Assembly: GCA_018267055.1 (NCBI GenBank)
Contig: JAFDZF010000180.1
Coordinates: 2,457 to 66,456 of the forward strand
DNA length: 64,000 nt
Direction: 5' to 3'
Source: Bacteroidota bacterium
GTDB taxonomy: Bacteria; Bacteroidota; Bacteroidia; Flavobacteriales_F; PHOS-HE28
Position numbers and translations under genes: made by a program
Shown here: piece by piece, positions 36,198-45,027 of the stretch
Layout of the letters: the number at the start of each line of letters is the position of its first letter
Position numbering within the stretch: the stretch's first letter is position 1
Notes under the pieces: generated by a model
Told to the model about the DNA's origin: nothing
Databases searched by the model: none
Seen by the model: the letters and a program-made list of their open reading frames with translations, nothing else

Positions 36198-37264
36198 CGT
36201 TGCGGCTTGATGATGAGCGTGCTGAGGTACAGGCACGGATCCAAAAGTAGGAAGAGCCATTCCAGTGGGAGTGTCAGCCAGATGATGCGGCCGGCCCCGA
36301 GCTTGCGCATGGCCAGCATGTTGATGGGGAGGAAGACCGCCAGTTCGACGAACAGGCCCGCCAGGGCGGCGAGCACGTGCCCGGTGAAGAGGAGGTAGAG
36401 GATGGTGGCCCACAGCAGCATGCGCGCCCCGGGCAGGAGGGTGAGCAGCACCTTGTGCCCGAACCGGTAGAACCGCGCCGTGGTGTAGTGGCGGCGCTTG
36501 CGGTGGATCCAGGTCACCAGGTCGGGCGTGGCGCGCGTGGTCATGTACGAGCGCCCGTCGGCGATGGCGGTGGTGTTCTTCGCCCGGGCCACCTCGTTGA
36601 TGAACAGGTCGTCGTCGCCGCTCATCAGCTGCTGGTGGCGGCGGGGGCCCTTGGCGCTGAAGAAGACCTCGTGCGTGTACCCCAGGTTGCGCCCCACGCC
36701 CATGTAGGGGAAGCCCGCCTGCGCGAAGCTGATGTACTGCATCGCCTTGGTGAAGCCGTCGTAGCGCTCGAGCAGGTTGGTGAAGCCGTCGTGCCGCTCA
36801 TACGGGCTGTGGGCGATGACGATCTGCTTGCCGTCCTTGAAGCCGGCCGCCATGGTGCTGATCCAGTCGCGGCCCACCGGCATGCAGTCCGCATCGGTGA
36901 GGACGATGTGCGGGTATTTCGCGCTGCGGACCCCGACGCCCAGGGCGATCTTCTTGCCGTAGCTGAACTTCTCGTCGGCCTGGATGTTCACCGGCCGCAT
37001 GCGCGGGTACTCGGGCTTCATCCATTGCAGCACGTCCCAGGTGTCGTCCTCGCTGCGGTCGTTCACCACCACCACCTCGAACTCCTGGTGGTCCTGGTCC
37101 ATCAGCAGGGGGATGAGCTGCTGGAGGGAGGCGCTCTCGTTGCGGCCGCACACCACCACGCTCACGGGCAGGCTGCGGTCGGGCTCCACCTGCTGCTCGC
37201 GGAAGGCCAGGCGGCTGAAGATGACCAGGTGGAAGAAGGCCAGCACCACGAGGGCGACGACCAT
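36188..37264 (-). CDS. family-2 glycosyltransferase with a C-terminal membrane domain
   Basis: VSVVVCGRNESASLQQLIPLL...EVVVVNDRSEDDT...LTDADCMP (GT-A DxD-type motifs). The ATG at 37264 was chosen. The ORF-track extension to 37705 is shadow. The 3' end overlaps the sigma factor start by 10 nt. Confidence 0.7.
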   Translation of the reverse strand: MVVALVVLAFFHLVIFSRLAFREQQVEPDRSLPVSVVVCGRNESASLQQLIPLLMDQDHQEFEVVVVNDRSEDDTWDVLQWMKPEYPRMRPVNIQADEKFSYGKKIALGVGVRSAKYPHIVLTDADCMPVGRDWISTMAAGFKDGKQIVIAHSPYERHDGFTNLLERYDGFTKAMQYISFAQAGFPYMGVGRNLGYTHEVFFSAKGPRRHQQLMSGDDDLFINEVARAKNTTAIADGRSYMTTRATPDLVTWIHRKRRHYTTARFYRFGHKVLLTLLPGARMLLWATILYLLFTGHVLAALAGLFVELAVFLPINMLAMRKLGAGRIIWLTLPLEWLFLLLDPCLYLSTLIIKPQRWK

Positions 37265-37466
37265 GAGGTACAGGACGTAGGTGGCGATCAAGCGAACGGG
37301 TGCCGCGCCCGGCGCGGCGGTGGTACGGAGGGCGAAGCTATCCGCCCCCCCTGGGCGGGGAGGCCGGGAAGGGGGGCAGTTATGAACAGGGGCGGCGTGG
37401 ATGGATGCACCGGACGGAAAGGCCCGCCATCTTCGACCCGTGTCCGCCCCGTCGCCCCAGGAGATC

Positions 37467-38042
37467 ATGGAACTTGCCGCAAGCCAGGCCGGCCGGCCTG
37501 GCACGTCATTCCTGCCCGCTCTGGTGCTGGTGCTGCTGTCGGTGATCGTGCTGATCGTCCGCAAGCGACGGAACGAAGACAGAATGGACCGGACACTACG
37601 TGAACGGCAAATACGGTCAGGGCGGCACGGGGTCACCTCTGCGGAAGTCGATGAGGCGAAAGCAACACATGGGCAACGCTTCGAGGAACTGACCCGGCTG
37701 TTCATCCTTTATGACCCGGCACGGGTCCTTCAAGGCCCCCCTGTTCGGCTGATCGAGGACGCCGATGTCATCCTGCTGGTCACCGACCGCTGGGAACAGG
37801 TGCTGCCCCACCTCTCCAAAGGCCCCTTGACGGTGAGCATGGCCAAGTACCGGTACGAGCCATTGGTCTGCAGCCTCATCCAGGACCTTCGATCATCCAC
37901 GGATATCGGTCCCCTGGCCTCCAGGATCAACGTGGAAATGCTGTCGCTCTTCGGCGCGGGCGGATACGAACGCTGTACTCCGGATGAACGTGGACTGGCC
38001 CACGCGGTCCACCTATGGCGGATGCGGTTCCTTTTCCGTTGA
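37467..38042 (+). CDS. hypothetical single-pass membrane protein (lower-GC orphan ORF)
   Basis: It has one TM segment (LPALVLVLLSVIVLIVRKRR) and no recognisable domain. Local GC is about 60% against ~70% for the flanks, and third-position GC is mixed. The start is uncertain (alternative ATG at 37401). Confidence 0.35.
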   Translation: MELAASQAGRPGTSFLPALVLVLLSVIVLIVRKRRNEDRMDRTLRERQIRSGRHGVTSAEVDEAKATHGQRFEELTRLFILYDPARVLQGPPVRLIEDADVILLVTDRWEQVLPHLSKGPLTVSMAKYRYEPLVCSLIQDLRSSTDIGPLASRINVEMLSLFGAGGYERCTPDERGLAHAVHLWRMRFLFR

Positions 38043-38066
38043 CCCGCTTCGCATCTTCGCGCCCCG

Positions 38067-39203
38067 ATGGACTTCACCCTCCTCACCACCGACCCGAAGA
38101 GCAAGGCCCGCGCGGGCGAGCTGCACACCGGCCATGGCACCGTGCCCACCCCGGTGTTCATGCCCGTGGGCACGCTGGGCGCGGTGAAGGCCGTGCATGT
38201 GCGCGAGCTGCGCAACGACGTGGGCGCCCTCATCATGCTCAGCAACACCTACCACCTCTACCTGCGCCCGGGCACGGAGGTGCTGGAGCACGCCGGCGGC
38301 CTGCACCGGTTCAACGGATGGGACCGCCCCATCCTCACCGACAGCGGCGGCTTCCAGGTGCACTCGCTCAGCGACATCCGCAAGATCACCGAGGAGGGCG
38401 TGCGCTTCAGCAGCCACATCGATGGCAGCAAGCACCTGTTCACGCCCGAGAACGTGATGGACATCCAGCGCAGCATCGGCGCCGACATCGTGATGGCCTT
38501 CGACGAGTGCACGCCCTGGCCGTGCGACCTGGCGTACGCCACCGACAGCATGCACCGCACCCACCGCTGGCTCGACCGCTGCTTCGCGCGCTTCGCGGCC
38601 ACGGCGCCCAAGTACGGGTACGAGCAGGCCCTCTTCCCCATCGTGCAGGGCAGCACCTTCCCCGAGCTGCGCCGGCAGAGCGCGGAATACATCGCCCGCA
38701 AGGGCGCCTACGGCAATGCCATCGGCGGGCTGAGCGTGGGCGAGCCCGAGGAGGAGATGTACGCCATGGCCGAGCTGTGCTGCGACATCCTCCCGGCCGA
38801 CCGGCCGCGCTACCTGATGGGCGTGGGCACACCCTGGAACCTGCTGGAGAACATGGCCCTGGGCGTCGACATGTTCGACTGCGTGATGCCCACCCGCAAC
38901 GGCCGCAACGGCATGCTCTTCACCCGCGAGGGCATCCTGCAGATCAAGAACAAGGCCTGGGCCGACGACCACGGCCCCCTCGACCCCCACGGCACCTGCT
39001 GGGTGGACACGTTCTACAGCAAGGCCGTGGTGCGCCACCTCTTCGTCACCAACGAGATCCTCGCCCTGCAGATCGCCAGCCTGCACAACCTCGCCTTCTA
39101 TGTGTCGTTGATGAACGAGGCCCGGCAGCACATCCTCGACGGCACGTTCGCTGCTTGGAAGAGCGCGCTCCTCCCGAAGCTGAAGCAACGGATCACCGGT
39201 TGA
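38067..39203 (+). CDS. tgt: queuine tRNA-ribosyltransferase (tRNA-guanine transglycosylase)
   Basis: HGTVPTPVFMPVGT, LSNTYHL, LTDSGGFQV, zinc-site CxCxxC...H region (CVMPTRNGRNG). Confidence 0.9.
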   Translation: MDFTLLTTDPKSKARAGELHTGHGTVPTPVFMPVGTLGAVKAVHVRELRNDVGALIMLSNTYHLYLRPGTEVLEHAGGLHRFNGWDRPILTDSGGFQVHSLSDIRKITEEGVRFSSHIDGSKHLFTPENVMDIQRSIGADIVMAFDECTPWPCDLAYATDSMHRTHRWLDRCFARFAATAPKYGYEQALFPIVQGSTFPELRRQSAEYIARKGAYGNAIGGLSVGEPEEEMYAMAELCCDILPADRPRYLMGVGTPWNLLENMALGVDMFDCVMPTRNGRNGMLFTREGILQIKNKAWADDHGPLDPHGTCWVDTFYSKAVVRHLFVTNEILALQIASLHNLAFYVSLMNEARQHILDGTFAAWKSALLPKLKQRITG

Positions 39204-39255
39204 ACCCAAGCCCCTAGCTTCGAGCCTCGGGCCCGATACTGCGCAAGAACGCACG

Positions 39256-40392
39256 ATGCTCAAGACCCTCGACCGGTACATCATCCGCCAGTTCCTGGGC
39301 ACCTTCTTCTTCATCCTGGTGCTCATCATGGCCATCGCCGTGGTGTTCGACATCAGCGAGAAGACGGAGGATTTCGCCAAGACCTCGGCCTCGGTGCTGG
39401 AGATCGTGGTGGACTATTACGTGAACTTCATCCTGTACTACAGCAACCTCTTCAGCGGGCTGCTGATCTTCATCGCCGTGCTGCTCTTCACCAGCCGCAT
39501 GGCCGGGCGGAGCGAGGTAATCGCCTCGCTGAGCAGCGGGGTGAGCTTCCCGCGCTTCATGCGCCCCTTCTTCATCGCGGCCACCATCCTCACCGCGATC
39601 TCGCTCTACGTGAACGTGTTCCTCCTCCCCCACGCCAACCGCACCCGCCTCGCCTTCGAGAAAGCGCACATCTGGAGCACCTACAAGCTGGAGGAGAACC
39701 ACGTGCTGCGCGAGATCGCGCCCGGGGAGATCGTGTACTTCGAGACCTTCGACATGCCGAAGCTCACCGGCTACCGGTTCAGCCTGGAACGCTGGGAGAA
39801 CGGCGCCCTGCGCGCCAAGCTGCTCAGCGACCGCGCGGTGTACGACAGCACGACGAACCGGTGGACGGTACATGACTACATGATCCGCGAGATCCCTGCG
39901 GACCGCGACAGCCTGGCCCAGGGCGCCGAGCTCGACACGGTGAAAGGCACCATCGTGGCGCAGGAGCGCATCCGCAAGGGCGCGGTGCTGGACACGACGA
40001 TCGCGCTGAAGCCCTCGGACCTGGGGCAGCGCCTGGCGATCGCCGCCGCGCTGGACCGCACGGAGATCGCCGACTTCATCCGGGCCGAGAAGGCGCGCGG
40101 CGGCAGCACGGTGGCCTATTACGAGGTGGAGAAGGAGCAGCGGACGGCCTACCCCTTCGCCACCTACGTGTTCACCCTGATCGGCGTGAGCATCGCCAGC
40201 CGCAAGGTGCGGGGCGGCACCGGCGTGCACCTGGTGCTCGGCGTGGTGCTCTGCCTGCTCTATGTGTTCGCCATGAAGATGACCACCGTGGCCGCGACCA
40301 ACTCGAACTTCGACCCTACCCTCGCCGTGTGGCTGCCCAATGTGCTCTTCGGCATCGTGGGCCTCTGGATCTACGCGAAGGCCCCGAAGTGA
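39256..40392 (+). CDS. LptF/LptG-family lipopolysaccharide export permease (YjgP/YjgQ)
   Basis: Typical N-terminus MLKTLDRYIIRQFLGTFFFILVLIMAIAVVFD and a six-TM topology. Confidence 0.8.
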   Translation: MLKTLDRYIIRQFLGTFFFILVLIMAIAVVFDISEKTEDFAKTSASVLEIVVDYYVNFILYYSNLFSGLLIFIAVLLFTSRMAGRSEVIASLSSGVSFPRFMRPFFIAATILTAISLYVNVFLLPHANRTRLAFEKAHIWSTYKLEENHVLREIAPGEIVYFETFDMPKLTGYRFSLERWENGALRAKLLSDRAVYDSTTNRWTVHDYMIREIPADRDSLAQGAELDTVKGTIVAQERIRKGAVLDTTIALKPSDLGQRLAIAAALDRTEIADFIRAEKARGGSTVAYYEVEKEQRTAYPFATYVFTLIGVSIASRKVRGGTGVHLVLGVVLCLLYVFAMKMTTVAATNSNFDPTLAVWLPNVLFGIVGLWIYAKAPK

Positions 40393-40402
40393 CGCCCGGA
40401 CG

Positions 40403-41785
40403 ATGAACGCCCTCCACCGCCCGAAGCGCCCGTGGACCCGCGGCCTGTGGAGCCTGATCGTGTGCCTGCTGTTCGGCTACGCCACCCTGCACGAGGTGGA
40501 GCGCCTGCGCTTCTGGGAGCAACTGCGCATCCTCACCTGGGACGTGGAGGGCTACCACCACTACCTGCCCGCGGCGATCATCCACCACGACCTGCGCGAC
40601 CTGTCCTACGTGCAGGCGCTGGACTCGGCGGTGCTGCACCCGGGCGATCCCGGCCAGCGCCGCTTCGGCATCACGCGCCTGCCTGCCACGGGCCACGACC
40701 TGATCAAGTACCCCTGCGGCACGGCCCTCTTCCAGCTGCCGCTTTTCCTCGTGGCCCATGCCTACGCCCACCTGCCGGGCACGGCCTATGCGGCCGACGG
40801 CTATTCGGTGCCCTACCAGCTGGCCATCGGCGTATCCACGGCCCTCTTCGTCACCTTCGGCCTCTTCCTGCTCCGGCGCCTGCTGTTGCGCCACGGCGAT
40901 GACCGCGCCGCCGCCCTGGCCCTGATCGCGATCGGCTTCGGCACCAACCTGTTCTTCTACGCCACGGCGCAGCCCGGCATGAGCCATGGCTACCTCTTCT
41001 TCCTCTTCGCCCTGGTGCTGGAGCGGACGGACCAGTGGCACCGCACGCCGAGGCCCGGCACCGCGGCCGTCATCGGGCTGGCGCTGGGGCTCACGGTAAT
41101 CACCCGCCCGGTGGACGGGCTCGTCCTCCTGGTGCCCCTCTGCTGGAACGCCTGGCCCGGCCCCGCCCTCGCAGCGAAGAAGGCCCTGGTGCGCGCCCAC
41201 CCGGGCCACCTGCTGGTGCTGGCCGCCTGCGGGCTGGCGGCCGTGCTGCCGCAGCTGGCCTACTGGAAGGCCACCACCGGCCATTTCGTGTTCTTCTCCT
41301 ACGTCAACGAGGGGTTCGATTTCCGGGACCCGCACGTGCTCGACGGCCTCTTCAGCTACCGCAAGGGCTGGTTCGTGTACTCGCCGTTGGTGGCGCTGGG
41401 CGCCATCGGCCTGGTGGTGATGCTCGCCGACCGCCGCCTCCGCCCGCTCGCCATTCCGGTGCTGGCCTACTTCGTCCCCGCGGTGTACGTGATCTTCTGC
41501 TGGCACGATTGGGCCTACGGCGGCTCCTTCGGCTGCCGGGCCCTGGTGCCCGCGCTGGCCCTGCTGGCCCTGCCCATCGCGACGCTGTCCGCGCGCGTCC
41601 TCGCCCTCCCGAAGGCCGCCGGGCTGCTCTATGCCACGGTGATCCTCGCCGGCGTGCACCTCAACCTCTTCCAGCAGGGGCAATACCTGGCCACCATCAT
41701 CCGCTGGGACGGCATGACGAAGGCGCGCTATTGGGAGGTGTTCGGCGTGGATTCCTGGGACCGATTGACACCCTTCGAGCCCTGA
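40403..41785 (+). CDS. polytopic integral membrane protein of unknown function (possibly a glycosyltransferase-39/ArnT-like fold)
   Basis: More than 10 predicted TM helices. The ATG at 40403 (MNALHRPKRPW) was chosen. The stop overlaps the downstream start (TGATG at 41783-41787). Confidence 0.55.
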   Translation: MNALHRPKRPWTRGLWSLIVCLLFGYATLHEVERLRFWEQLRILTWDVEGYHHYLPAAIIHHDLRDLSYVQALDSAVLHPGDPGQRRFGITRLPATGHDLIKYPCGTALFQLPLFLVAHAYAHLPGTAYAADGYSVPYQLAIGVSTALFVTFGLFLLRRLLLRHGDDRAAALALIAIGFGTNLFFYATAQPGMSHGYLFFLFALVLERTDQWHRTPRPGTAAVIGLALGLTVITRPVDGLVLLVPLCWNAWPGPALAAKKALVRAHPGHLLVLAACGLAAVLPQLAYWKATTGHFVFFSYVNEGFDFRDPHVLDGLFSYRKGWFVYSPLVALGAIGLVVMLADRRLRPLAIPVLAYFVPAVYVIFCWHDWAYGGSFGCRALVPALALLALPIATLSARVLALPKAAGLLYATVILAGVHLNLFQQGQYLATIIRWDGMTKARYWEVFGVDSWDRLTPFEP

Positions 41786-42486
41786 TGCTGGACGACCGCC
41801 TGATCGCCCTCATCGAAAAGGTGTCGCTGAAGGGCGTGCCGCTTCCCCCGGACGTGCAGGTGCTGGACCCGTTGCGCGGGGAACATGCCGCGGAGGTCGG
41901 CCGCATCGTCCGAGCCTTCCACCACCGCTTCTTCCACGACGACGCGCCGCGCACGCTGATGCTCGGCATCAACCCGGGGCGGCTGGGGGCGGGCAGCACC
42001 GGCATCTGCTTCACCGACACGAAGCGGTGCGAGAGCGACCTCGGCATCCCCGTGAAGGGCCTCCGCACGCACGAGCCCAGCAGCGACTTCATCTACCGTG
42101 TGGTGCGGGCCGCCGGCGGCGCGGAGGCCTTCTACCGCGACGTCTACATCCAGGCCATCTGCCCGCTCGGCTTCACGCGCACCGGCCCGAAGGGTACGCC
42201 CGTCAACCTGAACTATTACGACGATCCCGCGCTGCAACGCGCCATCACGCCCTTCGTGGAGCACTGGCTGCGCACGTTGATCGGCTGCGGCATGCGCACG
42301 GGCACGGTGCTCTGCATCGGCACGGGCAAGAACGCGCAGTACCTGCAGCGACTGAACGACCGGCTTGCGCTCTTCGGCCGCATCATCACCCTGGAGCATC
42401 CGCGCTTCGTGATGCAGTACAAGGCCAGGCACATCGACACGTACATCGAGCGTTACCTCGCCGCGCTGGAAGCGGCCAAGGGCTGA
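41785..42486 (+). CDS. uracil-DNA glycosylase superfamily protein (MUG/SMUG-like, GINPG motif; DUF4918-like)
   Basis: LMLGINPGRLGAGSTGICFTD matches the G(I/M)NPG catalytic-loop motif of the MUG/SMUG UDG families. The frame-1 ORF 41035..42486 is real only from 41785 on. Confidence 0.55.
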   Translation: MLDDRLIALIEKVSLKGVPLPPDVQVLDPLRGEHAAEVGRIVRAFHHRFFHDDAPRTLMLGINPGRLGAGSTGICFTDTKRCESDLGIPVKGLRTHEPSSDFIYRVVRAAGGAEAFYRDVYIQAICPLGFTRTGPKGTPVNLNYYDDPALQRAITPFVEHWLRTLIGCGMRTGTVLCIGTGKNAQYLQRLNDRLALFGRIITLEHPRFVMQYKARHIDTYIERYLAALEAAKG

Positions 42487-42560
42487 ACCCGTTCTTTTTC
42501 CGACCGCCGTGTAACCTTTCGGGGACTTCCGCGACTATCCTTTCCAAAGCCCAGGGGACC

Positions 42561-43109
42561 GTGTCACCGGACGACGCACGCACCGAGTTCATGAAGGCCT
42601 ACGCGCCTTGCCACGAGCCCTTCGCCCGGTACTGCTCGGCATTGGCCTATGGACGCATGGACGCACAGGACCTGATGCAGGATGTCCTGCTGAGCGCCTT
42701 CCAGCGGTTCGAGCGCATCCGTCGGAAGGACGAACTGCTGCACTACCTGCTGCGCGCCGCACGCAACCGGGCCGTAAGCGCATGGCGGCTGGACCGCCGC
42801 AATGCCGACCGTTTCGAGAAGCGGTCCGAACGGCTGAAGGAACGCGGGGCCAGTGCGGAGATGTTGGTGGATGTCGGCATCCTCTACGGTGCCTTGGACA
42901 AGCTGCCTTCCGCGCAACGCGATGCGCTGGTGCTCTTCGAGGTGTCCGGCCTGTCCATGGCCGAGATCGCTGCGATCCAGGGCACCAACGAGAACGCGGT
43001 GAAGACCCGCGTGAGCCGTGCCCGGACCACGTTGCGGAGCATGCTCGAAGGACGTGCCCGCCCGGTGCGTGCCGACCTGCTGAACACCTTGACCGGCCTG
43101 ATGCTATGA
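42561..43109 (+). CDS. ECF-type RNA polymerase sigma factor
   Basis: Region 2 DAQDLMQDVLLSAFQRFERI and region 4 LPSAQRDALVLFEVSGLSMAEIAAIQGTNENAVKTRVSRARTTLR. The start is either the GTG at 42561 or the ATG at 42591. Confidence 0.75.
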   Translation: MSPDDARTEFMKAYAPCHEPFARYCSALAYGRMDAQDLMQDVLLSAFQRFERIRRKDELLHYLLRAARNRAVSAWRLDRRNADRFEKRSERLKERGASAEMLVDVGILYGALDKLPSAQRDALVLFEVSGLSMAEIAAIQGTNENAVKTRVSRARTTLRSMLEGRARPVRADLLNTLTGLML

Positions 43110-44422
43110 GCCACCCGGACGACGATGCACCGCTGCTGGACCAGCTCCGTGAGCTGCCCACCGAGGTGAGCCTGGAGCAGGTCGACCGCATGGTGGCGGC
43201 CTTCCCCATCGCCACGGGCCTCACCCTGTGGCTGGCCACGCTCAGAACGAACCTCAACACCATTCTCATGTCCATCACAGGCACCTTGCTCGTCGGAGCC
43301 GGCATCCACCTGTTCAGCGGTGGCGATCCCGCAACGACCACGACCCGGTCGCCGCTGGCCGGAATAGGACCCGAGCTGGAAGCTCCGTTGCCCGCGGCAC
43401 CCGAAGAGGCACCCGCCGTGGTGCTGACCATACCGACCAGGGGATCGGCGGGCCAAGTGCAGCCTGCCCCGTCCGTAGCGGCCCCGTCCCCTCCGCCGAA
43501 CGCCATCCCGCCCGTTGAGCCACCGACCGTTCCCATGGCCGTGCTGCCCCCACCGGCCGTATCCCATGCCCCAACCCTGCCGGATGCACCGGTCCGCCAG
43601 CCGAAAGCAGCGAACGAGCGCCGGTTCGACCTGCGTGACTTCACCGGGATCAAGGTCGTCAGTGCCATGAACGTGACGCTGGAGGTCGGTGATTTCTCCG
43701 TGACCGCCACCGGTCCGGAAGAAGCGCTGCAACAACTCGACGTGCAGGTGAAGAACGGCGTGCTCGAGCTGGACTACCTCATCGTGGGACGTTCCCGGCG
43801 CACCTGCGGGCCCATGGATTTCACCGTGCGCATGCCCCTGGTGCATCTCCTCGATGTGATGGGGTCCGGCTCGTTGCACGGTACCGACCTCCCGACCACG
43901 GCCAAGCTCGACCTCAACGTCATGGGGTCGGGCAACATCACCCTGGAGCGCGTTCCGGATGCCACGGCCCTGAAGATGTCGGTGCGGGGATCGGGCAGCA
44001 TCCGGATCGAGGACGTAGGGACCACCGAAGCCGCCGAAGTGAACGTGGTGGGATCGGGCGTCGCCGAAGTGGGGCGTATGGCCCAGGCCGGCTCGTTGAA
44101 GGTGCTGGTGGCCGGTTCCGGCGTGGCGACCTGCGAACGCGTGAACGTCACAGGCACCTCCACCCTGTGGGTCACGGGCAGTGGCGACCTCACCGCGAGC
44201 GGCACCACCGGCAGGGTGGACGTGACGGTGACCGGATCGGGCAACGTGCGCGCCAGCGAGTTGAACGCCAATGGGGGCAAGGTGGCCGTCATCGGCTCGG
44301 GCGATGCCTTCGTGCACAGCGAAGGGCCGCTCCAGCTCCAGACCCAGGGGTCGGGTACCATACACACCACGGGGAGCGCTGGCGGCCTTGCGCCACAAGG
44401 GGTCGGAAGCGGCGCCCACTGA
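43106..44422 (+). CDS. putative anti-sigma factor: short cytoplasmic N-terminus, one TM helix, Pro-rich linker, C-terminal DUF2807/GIN-like beta-helical repeat domain
   Basis: ATGA overlap with the sigma factor stop. TM segment ILMSITGTLLVGAGIHLF. Repeated V.GSG...V motifs (VMGSGSL, VMGSGNI, VRGSGSI, VVGSGVA, VAGSGVA, VTGSGDL, VTGSGNV, VIGSGDA) are typical of DUF2807. Confidence 0.65.
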   Translation: MSHPDDDAPLLDQLRELPTEVSLEQVDRMVAAFPIATGLTLWLATLRTNLNTILMSITGTLLVGAGIHLFSGGDPATTTTRSPLAGIGPELEAPLPAAPEEAPAVVLTIPTRGSAGQVQPAPSVAAPSPPPNAIPPVEPPTVPMAVLPPPAVSHAPTLPDAPVRQPKAANERRFDLRDFTGIKVVSAMNVTLEVGDFSVTATGPEEALQQLDVQVKNGVLELDYLIVGRSRRTCGPMDFTVRMPLVHLLDVMGSGSLHGTDLPTTAKLDLNVMGSGNITLERVPDATALKMSVRGSGSIRIEDVGTTEAAEVNVVGSGVAEVGRMAQAGSLKVLVAGSGVATCERVNVTGTSTLWVTGSGDLTASGTTGRVDVTVTGSGNVRASELNANGGKVAVIGSGDAFVHSEGPLQLQTQGSGTIHTTGSAGGLAPQGVGSGAH

Positions 44423-44474
44423 GGGTCGCTCGGACAGGTACGGGCCGCTGCGCTCCCGGTGTTGCATCAACGCA

Positions 44475-44504
44475 GAAGCCCCTTGGCGATGGCCAAGGGG
44501 CTTC
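44475..44504. terminator. perfect 13-bp GC-rich hairpin (GAAGCCCCTTGGC-GATG-GCCAAGGGGCTTC) between convergent genes; candidate bidirectional terminator without a U-tract
   Basis: The inverted repeat was read directly from the sequence. It sits between the 44422 stop (plus strand) and the 44559 stop (minus strand). Confidence 0.5.
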
Positions 44505-44558
44505 CGCACGTGCATCGGCCGTCGGATCCCGATCGTCAGAGCCCGACAACGGACGCTC

Positions 44559-44957
44559 CTAGGACGGCTTCCGGAAGAGGTACCGGGTCATGAAGATGCC
44601 GTTGCCGCCCTTGTCGCTGGGGCTTTGCACACCGGCGGTCACCGTGTAGAGCTCCCAGCCCTCGGCGGTGTACTGGTTGATGTTGTCCACGATGAGCTTG
44701 TCGTTGTTGGCGACGTTCTTGAAGTTGATGCCGGTGAGGCTGTAGAAGTTCATCAGGTCCTTGCCGACCTCCTGCTGCGCATCGTCGCTGATGATGATGC
44801 GGGAGCGGCCCAGGCCGCCGGGCACCACGCTCTCGATGGTGGAGAACTGGCGGTAGGTGTAGCTGGCTGCCTGCGGGGCGGGGCGGAAGCTGTAGCCGAT
44901 CAGGAGGGACGCGGCGATGGCGGCGCCGATCAGCATGGAACGGAAGTTGGTGTTCAT
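44559..44957 (-). CDS. hypothetical exported protein (132 aa)
   Basis: N-terminal signal/TM segment MNTNFRSMLIGAAIAASLLIG. High third-position GC is consistent with coding. No known motif. Confidence 0.5.
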   Translation of the reverse strand: MNTNFRSMLIGAAIAASLLIGYSFRPAPQAASYTYRQFSTIESVVPGGLGRSRIIISDDAQQEVGKDLMNFYSLTGINFKNVANNDKLIVDNINQYTAEGWELYTVTAGVQSPSDKGGNGIFMTRYLFRKPS

Positions 44958-45027
44958 GGCGGAACGTTATTTTGGGTGGTCGGACGGCGAAATTGCCGCT
45001 TTGCCACCTTTGACCCAAATCCGCCCC

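Noticed and set aside
41035-41784. First 750 nt of frame-1 ORF 41035..42486
   Set aside because: It overlaps the frame-2 polytopic membrane protein. The UDG-like homology starts exactly at the ATG at 41785, which is coupled to the upstream stop, so the extension is shadow.
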